Positions 49,236 to 58,090 of a stretch of DNA of 64,000 nt are shown here, piece after piece. The stretch's first letter is position 1; each line of letters begins with the position of its first letter. This DNA comes from a bacterium (GTDB lineage: Bacteria; Patescibacteriota; Microgenomatia; UBA12405). Position numbers and translations under genes: made by a program. The stretch spans positions 3,985 to 67,984 of the forward strand of contig JAKAFM010000001.1 of the NCBI GenBank assembly GCA_021817905.1, in the 5' to 3' direction. The notes below the pieces were generated by a model. The model had not been told where the DNA came from. It searched no databases and worked only from the letters and a program-made list of their open reading frames with translations.

Positions 49236-50510
49236 TCAATGACTCCAACGAAATCTTCTGGATGAGGTGTACCATGCACTACCACTTCCCGACCTAGCCC
49301 CGACTCTATTAAATTCCTCAATTCTTCTAAAGACACTCGGAAAACGCGCTTCTCTATTCCAATCGGGGTCAACTTTATTAACCATTTCCGGATTATTCAA
49401 ATAGAAAGTAATAAGTTCTGCCATTATCGCTAGACCTTCTTTACATACGTCATAAACATCTTTATACATTGGTCCGTTTTCCTGAGTACTAAGTGCTCTA
49501 AGAATAAAACCACGCGATTGACGATAATACTCTTCTAATTGAGAAGGAGAAACTAAATCGTTTCTTTTAACATTTTTGGGAAGATTTGAAAGCAAATCTA
49601 AAGCATAAAAAACAAAAGCTGGAAGGAGTCTCATATCAGAAATAATTTCACCATTATGCCTAACCCCCTTCATCTCTTGTGCTTCAAAAGATGATAGGTG
49701 TCTCATGGGATATTTAGTATTTCTATTATCGACCTCAAGCAAAAAGTGCCCAATATTTTCCAAATAAAAATCAACAGTATCGGCATTTAAAAACCCCAGT
49801 TCTAACAGTTTCTCTACAAAATAAGTATCTGCTGCCATACTAAATATTCGTTTCATGTCAGCCCATCCCATATATTTTTCAATCTGAGCTATTTCTTTTG
49901 GTAATCCATGGTCGTTAGTTTCACGCAAAACGTTTTCGGGCAATGCCATACATATTAACAACGGGGCCAACATAAAAGCAGTTTCCGAAGTATAGGGTGG
50001 TGCTGATAAATTAATTCTCTGTACCCCTGCCTGTAATAACTCACTCATTCGTTCTTCCGCATAAATATCGTCAAGCATTTTTCTATTATTCTCAATTATT
50101 ACCTTGTTACCATATTTATGTCCAAAATTTTCATTTATAGCTTCAAACAGTTCATCAAAAGTCACTTGACCTTTCATTTCCGCCAAAGTCGACAAGGTAA
50201 TCTTAACAAAATCAAGTGGTACCAATCTCGGCTCAACTAACCCATAAATAGACTTATCTTCTTGATATAACTCCCAACGATGATCACGATACCACGTTTC
50301 GCCATGTTCGCTAATACAATGTTCCTCATATTCTTTCATACATGCTTTAATCTGCCTATCAAATCCTCCTAGTCCAGAATAAGTACTGTCTGTACCAAAA
50401 ACCCAACCTGCTTGATTAAGTGTAATAACTGGCACCAACTGAACAGGTGGCAAATTACTCCGTATCGCCCTCCTGAATCCATCATAACCTTGAGATGTTT
50501 CAATTTTCAT
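49236..50510 (-). CDS. Hypothetical protein (orphan-like)
   Basis: 424 aa open frame with no motif recognised; ends 11 nt from the tRNA-His 3' end. Confidence 0.7.
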   Translation of the reverse strand: MKIETSQGYDGFRRAIRSNLPPVQLVPVITLNQAGWVFGTDSTYSGLGGFDRQIKACMKEYEEHCISEHGETWYRDHRWELYQEDKSIYGLVEPRLVPLDFVKITLSTLAEMKGQVTFDELFEAINENFGHKYGNKVIIENNRKMLDDIYAEERMSELLQAGVQRINLSAPPYTSETAFMLAPLLICMALPENVLRETNDHGLPKEIAQIEKYMGWADMKRIFSMAADTYFVEKLLELGFLNADTVDFYLENIGHFLLEVDNRNTKYPMRHLSSFEAQEMKGVRHNGEIISDMRLLPAFVFYALDLLSNLPKNVKRNDLVSPSQLEEYYRQSRGFILRALSTQENGPMYKDVYDVCKEGLAIMAELITFYLNNPEMVNKVDPDWNREARFPSVFRRIEEFNRVGARSGSGSAWYTSSRRFRWSH

Positions 50511-50539
50511 TTGTAATCTAAGTTACTATAGGCTATAAT
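50511..50539 (+). promoter_or_regulatory. Sigma70 promoter of His leader 2
   Basis: TTGTAA, 17 nt, TATAAT; ATG 9 nt downstream. Confidence 0.7.
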
Positions 50540-50548
50540 TATACCATT

Positions 50549-50617
50549 ATGCTCAAAACTAATCTTTTTATCCATCATACCCATACCGTGGTCACCACCC
50601 GCGGGGTAGTGGTCTGA
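50549..50617 (+). CDS. Histidine attenuation leader peptide 2 (MLKTNLFIHHTHTVVTTRGVVV)
   Basis: 22-codon ORF with CAT CAT ACC CAT; its 3' part carries GCGGGG, complementary to the terminator 5' arm. Confidence 0.75.
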   Translation: MLKTNLFIHHTHTVVTTRGVVV

Positions 50618-50641
50618 CCCTAAATTTTGAGTAGTCTTTTT

Positions 50642-50666
50642 AATCCCCGCACCCGCGGGGATTTTT
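50642..50666 (+). terminator. Attenuator terminator 2
   Basis: AATCCCCGC-ACCC-GCGGGGATT followed by TTT; ACCCGCGGGG also occurs at 50597-606 as the competing strand. Confidence 0.85.
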
Positions 50667-50668
50667 GT

Positions 50669-50745
50669 GTCTCTTTAGGTCGAAATTTAAACGTAGTGAA
50701 AAATTTTGCCTAAAGATACCATCCGTGAGCGCCAGCAAAGCGGAT
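50669..50745 (+). repeat. Conserved long hairpin, copy 2, plus ATCCG...CGGAT hairpin
   Basis: TCTTTAGG...AAATTT-AAACGTAGTGA-AAAATTTT...CCTAAAGA, then ATCCGT-GAGCGCCAGCAAA-GCGGAT. Confidence 0.75.
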
Positions 50746-50787
50746 ATCTCAGACGGGTAGATCCCCTCCTTATTATTTTTTAAAACT

Positions 50788-51009
50788 ATGACCGAAATTC
50801 AAAAAAATAGTCAATTAACCTGGGACGTTTCTGAAGAAGAAGCTAACCGTATAAATTTACCTGCAAATGATTGCCGGCGATTTAATGGCGGACAAATCGC
50901 CACTCCAGAGCAACAAGCTGCCTGGAAAGTTCGACCGAGAACAACATTAGTATCCATTGCAAAAAACCAATTAATAGTCATTAATCGACTCAGGGAGGAA
51001 CTACTATGA
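50788..51009 (+). CDS. Small hypothetical protein, first gene after attenuator 2
   Basis: 73 aa; ATGA overlap with the next gene suggests translational coupling. Confidence 0.55.
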   Translation: MTEIQKNSQLTWDVSEEEANRINLPANDCRRFNGGQIATPEQQAAWKVRPRTTLVSIAKNQLIVINRLREELL

Positions 51010-51716
51010 ACATAAAGTATCAACTCATTTCCCCCTCTGGGAATCTTACCGCCATAATTAATGGTCAGTATTCAGCCTCAGAAAAAAGTCGTATTAATCA
51101 AAAAATATTCGCCACCAATAAACTGGTCGAACAAATTGGTTACATCTTTCAAAAAGATTCGAAAAATTATTTTGAAATGATGGGTAATGAATTTTCCGGC
51201 AATGGTTGTCGCGCCGCAACATTGGCATTTCTCAATAATAATCCGGGAAAAATTTCATTTTTTACCTCTGGTATCAATAAAATAATAATCGGAAAGATAG
51301 ACAATGGTAATGCAACAGTCGCTATTCCTTCTCAAAAAGTGAACTTTATCAAAATAAGCAATACTATTTATTCAACAGTAATTTTCAATACCTTAATGAT
51401 CATTTCTGCAGATAATATCAACGATAAATCGAAAATTATCAAAAGATATTCTGATAAATACAATGCTATCGGATTTATGAGTTATCAAAAACAAGATAAC
51501 CAAATAAAGCTCAATCCCTGGTTTTGGGTCAAAGAAACCAATAGTCTCATTAATGAAACAGCCTGCGGCAGTGGCTCGATAGTTGTTGCCAAACTATTAG
51601 CTAAATCAACTATTTTCCAACCTTCAGGTCAGGCCCTCAAAATTAGGTTTAATAAACAAACAATCAATCTCAGTGGACCCATAAAATTGCTTACTGCTTA
51701 TAATGTTAAAATCTAA
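51006..51716 (+). CDS. DapF-fold amino-acid racemase, CntK (histidine racemase)-like
   Basis: PSGNLT, EQIGYI, MMGNEFSGNG and ETACGSGS match my recollection of CntK-family motifs (PSGNMT, EQVGFI, GNEFCGN, CGSG); lies 2 nt upstream of hisS. Confidence 0.75.
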   Translation: MNIKYQLISPSGNLTAIINGQYSASEKSRINQKIFATNKLVEQIGYIFQKDSKNYFEMMGNEFSGNGCRAATLAFLNNNPGKISFFTSGINKIIIGKIDNGNATVAIPSQKVNFIKISNTIYSTVIFNTLMIISADNINDKSKIIKRYSDKYNAIGFMSYQKQDNQIKLNPWFWVKETNSLINETACGSGSIVVAKLLAKSTIFQPSGQALKIRFNKQTINLSGPIKLLTAYNVKI

Positions 51717-51718
51717 CT

Positions 51719-52963
51719 ATGAATCAATCAAAACCACAAACTCTCAAAGGTTTTCGTGACTTTTTACCCGACGATATGCGGGTACGCAACTACGTCAAAA
51801 AAATCTGTATCGAAGCCTTTGAACAGTTCGGTTTCGAACCTCTCGAAACCCCAACGCTTGAATATGCTTCTACCTTGATGGGTAAATATGGGAAGGAAGC
51901 CGATAAATTAGTCTATAAATTCAAAGATAATGGCGATCGTGATGTTGGCCTCCGCTATGACTTGACCGTCCCCACCGCCAAAGTTTTAAGCATCTACCAA
52001 CAACAGCTTCCCCTTCCTTTTAAGCGCTATCAAATTCAATCGGTTTGGCGTGCCGACAAACCTCAAAAAGGCCGCTATCGGGAATTCACCCAATGCGACA
52101 TCGACACTTTTGGTCCCCCCTCCCCTTTAAACGATGCCGAAATGGTCGCGGTTATCTATACTATTTTACAAAAATTAAATTTCAAAAAGTACCAAATTAA
52201 AATAAACAGTCGTCAAGTCCTTTTTGAAATAATTACCCGCTCAGGCCTTGAAGAACAAAAATTTACAGTCCTCCAGTCAGTCGATAAATTAAGCAAAATC
52301 GGATATGATGGAGTACAAAAAGAACTCATTTCCAAGGATATTAGCCAGGAACAGATAGAGTTACTGTTTAAATACGTCAAAGAGGCTCAACCAGACGATT
52401 ATCTAAAATCAGTCTTTTCTAAGCTGTCGGAATTTGGTGTCCCTCAAAGTGCCTATAGTTTTGACCCTACCATAGTCCGAGGACTTGACTACTACACCGG
52501 CCCAATTTTTGAAACCTATGTTGAAGAGCCCAAGATCGGATCAATTACCGGTGGTGGTCGCTATGATAATCTAGTCTCCAGCCTTGGCGGCCCCAATATT
52601 TCCGCCGTTGGCACTACGCTTGGCTTTGACCGTATTGTAGACTGTATTATCGAGCTCAAATTGCTCCCTCAACTACAAACCTCTACCACCAAAGTCATGG
52701 TTGCCAATTTTGGCCTCGACACTGAGAAAGAAGCGATAGGTCTAGCCACCACACTTCGTGCCAACAAAATCGCCACCATGCTCTACCCTACCTTTGACAA
52801 ATTAGGCAAACAATTTGCCTATGCCGACGCCAAAAAAATTCCCTTTGTCGCTGCTATTGGAAGTGATGAAGCAAAAGCCGGAAAAATTATGCTCAAAAAC
52901 ATGGCTAAAAAAGAGCAAACTTTAGTTAGTCAAGAAGACTTATTATCAATTCTTATGATATAA
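51719..52963 (+). CDS. hisS: Histidine--tRNA ligase
   Basis: LKGFRDFLP, LRYDLTVP, WRADKPQKGRYREF, VRGLDYYTG, GGGRYD, GFDRI, anticodon-binding domain. Confidence 0.98.
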   Translation: MNQSKPQTLKGFRDFLPDDMRVRNYVKKICIEAFEQFGFEPLETPTLEYASTLMGKYGKEADKLVYKFKDNGDRDVGLRYDLTVPTAKVLSIYQQQLPLPFKRYQIQSVWRADKPQKGRYREFTQCDIDTFGPPSPLNDAEMVAVIYTILQKLNFKKYQIKINSRQVLFEIITRSGLEEQKFTVLQSVDKLSKIGYDGVQKELISKDISQEQIELLFKYVKEAQPDDYLKSVFSKLSEFGVPQSAYSFDPTIVRGLDYYTGPIFETYVEEPKIGSITGGGRYDNLVSSLGGPNISAVGTTLGFDRIVDCIIELKLLPQLQTSTTKVMVANFGLDTEKEAIGLATTLRANKIATMLYPTFDKLGKQFAYADAKKIPFVAAIGSDEAKAGKIMLKNMAKKEQTLVSQEDLLSILMI

Positions 52964-52971
52964 TAAAGCCC

Positions 52972-53238
52972 ATGAAAGCCTCAATCCATCCAAAATATAA
53001 CGATCAATGCCAGGTTAGCTGTGCCTGCGGCAATAAATTCGTCACCGGCTCTACGCTTGACAAAATCGAAGTCGAAGTTTGTTCTCATTGCCACCCTTTC
53101 TTCACCGGTCAGCAAAAATTCGTGGATATTAAAGGTAAAATTGATAAATTTAAAGAAAAAGTTGCCAAAGGTAAAGCTCATGCTATTGTGGCTGCTGATC
53201 GCCAAGCCAAGAAGGCTGCCGCTAAAAAAGAAAATTAG
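52972..53238 (+). CDS. rpmE: 50S ribosomal protein L31 (Zn-binding type)
   Basis: IHPKY, CACG, CSHCHPFFTG. Confidence 0.97.
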   Translation: MKASIHPKYNDQCQVSCACGNKFVTGSTLDKIEVEVCSHCHPFFTGQQKFVDIKGKIDKFKEKVAKGKAHAIVAADRQAKKAAAKKEN

Positions 53239-53301
53239 ATAAATTTGCAGCATACGACTATCATTAGAAATTTGAAATTAGAAATTTTGAATTATTGAGG
53301 T

Positions 53302-54036
53302 ATGCCCACTACCAATTCAGACATTGCCATACTTGAATTCCGTCCAGGACCAGGAGGAGAAGAAGCCAGTATCTGGTTAAACGACCTTATGAACATGTAT
53401 GTCCGTTATGCCAACAAGGTTGGATGGAAGGTTAACCAGCTCGACGCCAATGTCGTTCAAATTAAAGGCTTTGACGCCTATAATCAACTTAAATTCGAGA
53501 CCGGTACTCACCGCGTCCAACGAATTCCGGTCACCGAAAAACATGGCCGGATACACACCTCCACTGCCGCTGTAGTTGTTCTCCCCCAAGTCAGTTCTAA
53601 TGACATAAAAATAAATCCCGATGACCTAGAAATTAGTGCTACTCGCGCTGGAGGCCACGGCGGTCAAAACGTTAACAAAGTCTCCACTGCTATCCACCTT
53701 CTTCACAAACCTACCAATATTGTTATCGATGTTCGCCAGGAACGGTCCCAGCAACAAAACCGGGAAATTGCCATGGATATATTGCGCTCAAAATTATGGG
53801 AAATTGAAGATGAAAAACGAGGGAGTCTCTTAAGCGGAGCCAGAGCGATTATTGGCCAAGCTAAACGCGCCGACAAAATTCGTACCTATAACTATGCCCG
53901 CAATCAAGTCAAAGACCACCGCTTGGAATCAATGAGTTTCAACAATCTCGACCGTATCATGCAAGGCGACCTTGACGACCTGCTTCTCAACCTCTCAATT
54001 CTCGAAGAAACCAATAATAATGTTATTAAACAATAG
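53302..54036 (+). CDS. prfA: Peptide chain release factor 1, lacking the N-terminal domain
   Basis: GGEEA, HRVQRIPVTE (PxT), GRIHTS, GGQNVNK, IRTYNY; only 244 aa. Confidence 0.85.
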   Translation: MPTTNSDIAILEFRPGPGGEEASIWLNDLMNMYVRYANKVGWKVNQLDANVVQIKGFDAYNQLKFETGTHRVQRIPVTEKHGRIHTSTAAVVVLPQVSSNDIKINPDDLEISATRAGGHGGQNVNKVSTAIHLLHKPTNIVIDVRQERSQQQNREIAMDILRSKLWEIEDEKRGSLLSGARAIIGQAKRADKIRTYNYARNQVKDHRLESMSFNNLDRIMQGDLDDLLLNLSILEETNNNVIKQ

Positions 54037-54044
54037 TAGTCGGA

Positions 54045-54392
54045 CTATCTTCTCTCACGCTTAAGTTTAAAAGAAACATTTTCTCCAGCTACATATACTT
54101 CTGTACCTATCTTCTTTAAGACAATTTCAGTTCTTCCAGTGGGCATTACCTCAATCGAAGCAATTCCATTTCTGACTTCTGCTTGCACCTTACCTGATCC
54201 AGAATTAAAATTTAACACCTCAACTTCATAGGTACGAAATGCACTGTTAATAATTGCTCCACCTTCTCTTTCAGTTGAAGACCTTCTTTCATCAAACATA
54301 AAACTACCATCCCACCTTCTTTTCCACCCCTTAAGAACATTTAGTTCATTTGCTAAATTCGGACTCGGCATACTTATTCTCATTGGTGTCAT
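54045..54392 (-). CDS. Hypothetical protein
   Basis: 115 aa ORF; no motif recognised. Confidence 0.55.
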   Translation of the reverse strand: MTPMRISMPSPNLANELNVLKGWKRRWDGSFMFDERRSSTEREGGAIINSAFRTYEVEVLNFNSGSGKVQAEVRNGIASIEVMPTGRTEIVLKKIGTEVYVAGENVSFKLKRERR

Positions 54393-54433
54393 AATTAGTT
54401 AAACCTATAATTACCAGATTATAACATCAACTT

Positions 54434-54868
54434 TTACCATCCTCTTCTTGACCTTCTTCTCCCAGATAGTTCTCTTAATTCTTCCTGCTCTTTCTTCGTT
54501 GCTTTTTGATGCGTAATACGTACTTCTAATTCAGGGATAGCAATCCCCTTATCCCTTCCGTTCATATTAACCGAAGCTGTAACGATTCCATACTCATCCA
54601 ACGTAGGTTCAATATGCTTTCTTGTCAGTAACCCACGAATAGACCATCGTCGACTTTCAAATCTAATAGCTTTGGTATCTGCAAAAACCTTCGTCTTGTC
54701 TACCGACGATGTGATTTGAGAAACCGGACTCTCCTTATCTCCAACATAAAACGAACCACTCCCCACCGATCCATCCTCTCGAACCCGAACTTGCCCGCTG
54801 CCTGGTACTGGCTTAAGTTTAGCTATAAACGTATCCCTACCAGATCCCTCAACTCTAAATGCTGTCAT
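54434..54868 (-). CDS. Hypothetical protein
   Basis: 144 aa ORF; TACAAT 7 nt before the ATG. Confidence 0.6.
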   Translation of the reverse strand: MTAFRVEGSGRDTFIAKLKPVPGSGQVRVREDGSVGSGSFYVGDKESPVSQITSSVDKTKVFADTKAIRFESRRWSIRGLLTRKHIEPTLDEYGIVTASVNMNGRDKGIAIPELEVRITHQKATKKEQEELRELSGRRRSRRGW

Positions 54869-54888
54869 AACCTATATTGTATCAATAA

Positions 54889-56079
54889 CTAGCGCTTTTT
54901 ATCCAGTTTTACCGTTACAGTTATGGTACTAGTATCACGGTAAATTTTTAATACCATCGTCTCCCCCAGCTTCTTTTTATTAACCAAATCAGCCAAACTA
55001 GTGGTATCGTCAAGTTTCTTACCATCAGCCTCGGTAATGATATCGTTTTGCTTTATTCCCGCAGCCTCAGCCGCGCTTCCAGCCACAACATCTTGAACCA
55101 AGGCTCCTTGAGGCACCGAGTTAAGTAAGGCTGACTGCTTGGTGATCATTTGGTACGATACCCCCAAAAAGGGTCGCTCAAAACCACCGGTAGTCTTAAA
55201 ATTTGCAATTGAATCCTTGACCATATTAATCGGCAGTGCAAAGCCAATATTTTGGGCACTTTGTGAAACTGCTACATTTACACCGACTACTTGACCAGAT
55301 GAATTTAATAACGGTCCACCTGAGTTACCGGGATTAATCGCCGCGCTCGTCTGGATGACATTTGACAACTGCTCTGAACCCTCAAAAGGTGACCCGGCTT
55401 CTATCCCCCGTCCCAACCCTGAAATTACCCCCGTTGTCACTGTTGATCGAAATTCTCCCAAAGCCGTCCCAATAGCTATCGCCGTTTGACCAACTTTAAT
55501 TTTATCCGAATCACCTAAGGGTAATGGCGTCAAGCCGTTCTTATTTACTTTCAAAATTGCCAAATCATTAACCGGATCACGATAAATATTAACCACATCC
55601 AAGACAGTATTATCATACGTTACCACTTTGTATTTAGCCGTCGTATCGGCCACTACATGTTTATTAGTTACAATCAATCCGTCAGCACTAATCACAAATC
55701 CGGTTCCAATGTCTTGTGGTTTACTTGGCGCCGGCGTCGTATCAGGCATCATTTGCCGTGGAAATCCAAACATATTTCCAAAAAAATCAAAATTTCCTCC
55801 GCCAAAGATATCCTGTGGCGAAGTCGCAACCTTACTAATTGAAATGGTTACTACACTTGGTGTCGAGTCGGAAACAACCTTCGTCACCACTGATTCCTGA
55901 TCAACTATTTTCTCTTTCACCCCGCTTCCAACACTTGTTATCGACTTAGGCAACAAGGTGTCCAAAAAACCCATACTCTTAATCCGTTCTGCGCCAGCAC
56001 CCGTCACAAATGACAGTGCTACTACCAACCCAAACCCCAGTCCTACCAAAAAAGTTCGCATTGTTTTATTTTCATCCAT
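54889..56079 (-). CDS. htrA: HtrA/DegP-family serine protease with PDZ domain
   Basis: GTGF, VTNKHV, DLAILK, INPGNSGGPL, one PDZ domain. Confidence 0.95.
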   Translation of the reverse strand: MDENKTMRTFLVGLGFGLVVALSFVTGAGAERIKSMGFLDTLLPKSITSVGSGVKEKIVDQESVVTKVVSDSTPSVVTISISKVATSPQDIFGGGNFDFFGNMFGFPRQMMPDTTPAPSKPQDIGTGFVISADGLIVTNKHVVADTTAKYKVVTYDNTVLDVVNIYRDPVNDLAILKVNKNGLTPLPLGDSDKIKVGQTAIAIGTALGEFRSTVTTGVISGLGRGIEAGSPFEGSEQLSNVIQTSAAINPGNSGGPLLNSSGQVVGVNVAVSQSAQNIGFALPINMVKDSIANFKTTGGFERPFLGVSYQMITKQSALLNSVPQGALVQDVVAGSAAEAAGIKQNDIITEADGKKLDDTTSLADLVNKKKLGETMVLKIYRDTSTITVTVKLDKKR

Positions 56080-56101
56080 GAAAACCTCCTGTTTTTAACA
56101 T

Positions 56102-57313
56102 TTATTTTTGTTGTAACAAGGTTTGATAAACCTTAGCATATTGATCCTCACGTGTTGGGTCCGCTCCCCATGTAATCGGAATATCCGGTTCTACTCCCAC
56201 TCCGTGAATATTTTTACCACTCGGTAACAACCATCGGGCAATAGTCACATGCAATCCTGAACCATCCGGTAAATCTTCCGGCTGCTGAACTGTCCCTTTA
56301 CCAAAACTTTTCTCCCCCAACAACTTCGCCCGGTTATGATCATGCAATGCCCCCGCCAAAATTTCCGATGCTGAAGCTGAACCACCATTAAGCAAAACTA
56401 CCACCGGTACATTGATTAACTGTCGACGACTCGGATCAACTGAATAGGTTATCACTGACTTATCGCCAGATTCCTGTTTAACTACTACCCCACTATCTAA
56501 GAAATCCGAGGCCACCATCACTGCCGAATCCAAAAATCCACCGGGGTTATTTCGCAAATCTAATACCACGCCTCCAAAATTTCCGCCAGCTTCCATATTC
56601 TTTATTTTTGTCACCGTATCAGGCCAATCTTTATATAATTGTTCTGAAAATTTATTAAGTTGCACCCAGGCAATTGATTTTCCTTGATAGTTTTTAGCTG
56701 TAAAAACAATACTTGGAACAACAATAGTATCTCGCTTCAAAGTTACATCATAAGCATCTGCCCGTCCTTCACGATACATCTTTAAAACGACATCGCTTCC
56801 CACTTTCCCTCTTATTAACGTTACCGCGTCAGCCAAACTTATACCCGAAGTATCTTTATTAACATTGTTGGCCGCATCGGTAATTTTTAAAATCAAATCC
56901 CCTGCTTTAATTCCCGCTCGCTCGGCAGGAGTGCCGGTTAAAGTTGTCATTACTGCCAAAGTCTTATCTTTATATCCCAACGATATCCCTACGCCACCAA
57001 ATTCACCAGCTAAATCATCCTTTGAACTTTTATTATCGACTGGAGGCAGAAAAAAAGTATAAGGGTCCCCGAGTGACGCCACCATTCCCTGAATCGCACC
57101 GTAGGTTAAACTTTTCTCATTTTTTAATTTATCCTTTTCCAAAAAATTCTTTTGTAATTCTGCTTTTACCCGAGCCATTAAAGTCGTGTCAATGGGGCCA
57201 GCACTAGGCTGCAACGTCACCGTCTGTCCACTACCTATCCGGTACGAGACAAGCGAAGTTATCCCTACTAAAGCCAAAATTAGAAATATATTGCGAACCT
57301 TTCGTAATGTCAT
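56102..57313 (-). CDS. ctpA: S41 C-terminal processing peptidase
   Basis: LGDPYT, PDZ, LDLRNNPGG, SASASEI, FGKGTVQ. Confidence 0.95.
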   Translation of the reverse strand: MTLRKVRNIFLILALVGITSLVSYRIGSGQTVTLQPSAGPIDTTLMARVKAELQKNFLEKDKLKNEKSLTYGAIQGMVASLGDPYTFFLPPVDNKSSKDDLAGEFGGVGISLGYKDKTLAVMTTLTGTPAERAGIKAGDLILKITDAANNVNKDTSGISLADAVTLIRGKVGSDVVLKMYREGRADAYDVTLKRDTIVVPSIVFTAKNYQGKSIAWVQLNKFSEQLYKDWPDTVTKIKNMEAGGNFGGVVLDLRNNPGGFLDSAVMVASDFLDSGVVVKQESGDKSVITYSVDPSRRQLINVPVVVLLNGGSASASEILAGALHDHNRAKLLGEKSFGKGTVQQPEDLPDGSGLHVTIARWLLPSGKNIHGVGVEPDIPITWGADPTREDQYAKVYQTLLQQK

Positions 57314-57319
57314 ATCTTT

Positions 57320-58069
57320 CTATTGTACAACAACCATTAATCGACAAGCTTTTATATTAAGCAGCAGTCGATAGGTTGTCTGAGGCTTTATTGTATGCTC
57401 TAATTCCTGAAAAGCAGCTGAAGATAAAAACGCCATCGGTAACAGCCCCTCAAGATTAAGATTCATGTCGTTTCCCACAACCACTATCCCTTTCACTCCC
57501 ACTGCCGCCGCCTTTGCCACCATCGCCCTATCAATTCGCGAACAAAACACTAATTGTCCCTCCTGTGAAAAATGTAAATCATTAATTCGTTGTAATAACC
57601 TAAAATCTCCATTGCCCCATACCTTAGCCATCCCTGTTCCACTAATCGGAAACTCCCAAGCTTGAAAATGCAACCGCATTGTTCCAGGTTTTAGTTCCCC
57701 TACTCGTGCCGATACTGGCGAATAAAGCGTACGTTCACGAAACACTCCTGTTCTAATCTGAACCCTCATAAACTCGTCCAATCCTGTTACCACCCCCTGT
57801 TCGGGAATAGTTACTTTTTTACCAAAAAGGTGATGTAATAATTCCGGTTTCCCTTCTAACTGCTCTCGTAAAATCTGTTTCTTTGGTTCGGTCCACCCAT
57901 AAACCAGATGAGAAATATCGATCAGTGCCAAATCTTCCTCTTTAATTTCCACTATCCTCTGACCTTGAGTAACCATTTCCCCCGAAGTTACCAAAACTTC
58001 CGACCCGTTAACAGGATACGAAACGATCCAGGCAATCGGGTGAGACGCTAATGTTGCAAAAGCTGGCAT
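57320..58069 (-). CDS. Hypothetical protein with lipoyl/biotinyl-like half motifs
   Basis: LVTSGEMVTQGQ, YSPVSARV, AAAVGVKGIVV. Confidence 0.6.
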   Translation of the reverse strand: MPAFATLASHPIAWIVSYPVNGSEVLVTSGEMVTQGQRIVEIKEEDLALIDISHLVYGWTEPKKQILREQLEGKPELLHHLFGKKVTIPEQGVVTGLDEFMRVQIRTGVFRERTLYSPVSARVGELKPGTMRLHFQAWEFPISGTGMAKVWGNGDFRLLQRINDLHFSQEGQLVFCSRIDRAMVAKAAAVGVKGIVVVGNDMNLNLEGLLPMAFLSSAAFQELEHTIKPQTTYRLLLNIKACRLMVVVQ

Positions 58070-58090
58070 CTAACTATTATAAAACCTTTC

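Noticed and set aside
49163-49372. 69-aa minus-strand ORF
   Set aside because: Overlaps tRNA-His antisense and the 424-aa gene in another frame; likely spurious
48857-50666. T-box riboswitches
   Set aside because: No TGGnACC T-box bulge positioned before either terminator and the leaders are too short for Stem I; uORFs with His codons explain the structures better
51006-51716. Annotation as dapF of lysine biosynthesis
   Set aside because: Lacks the DapF-type GNDF and GNPH motifs, has CntK-like motifs instead, and its context is histidine-specific
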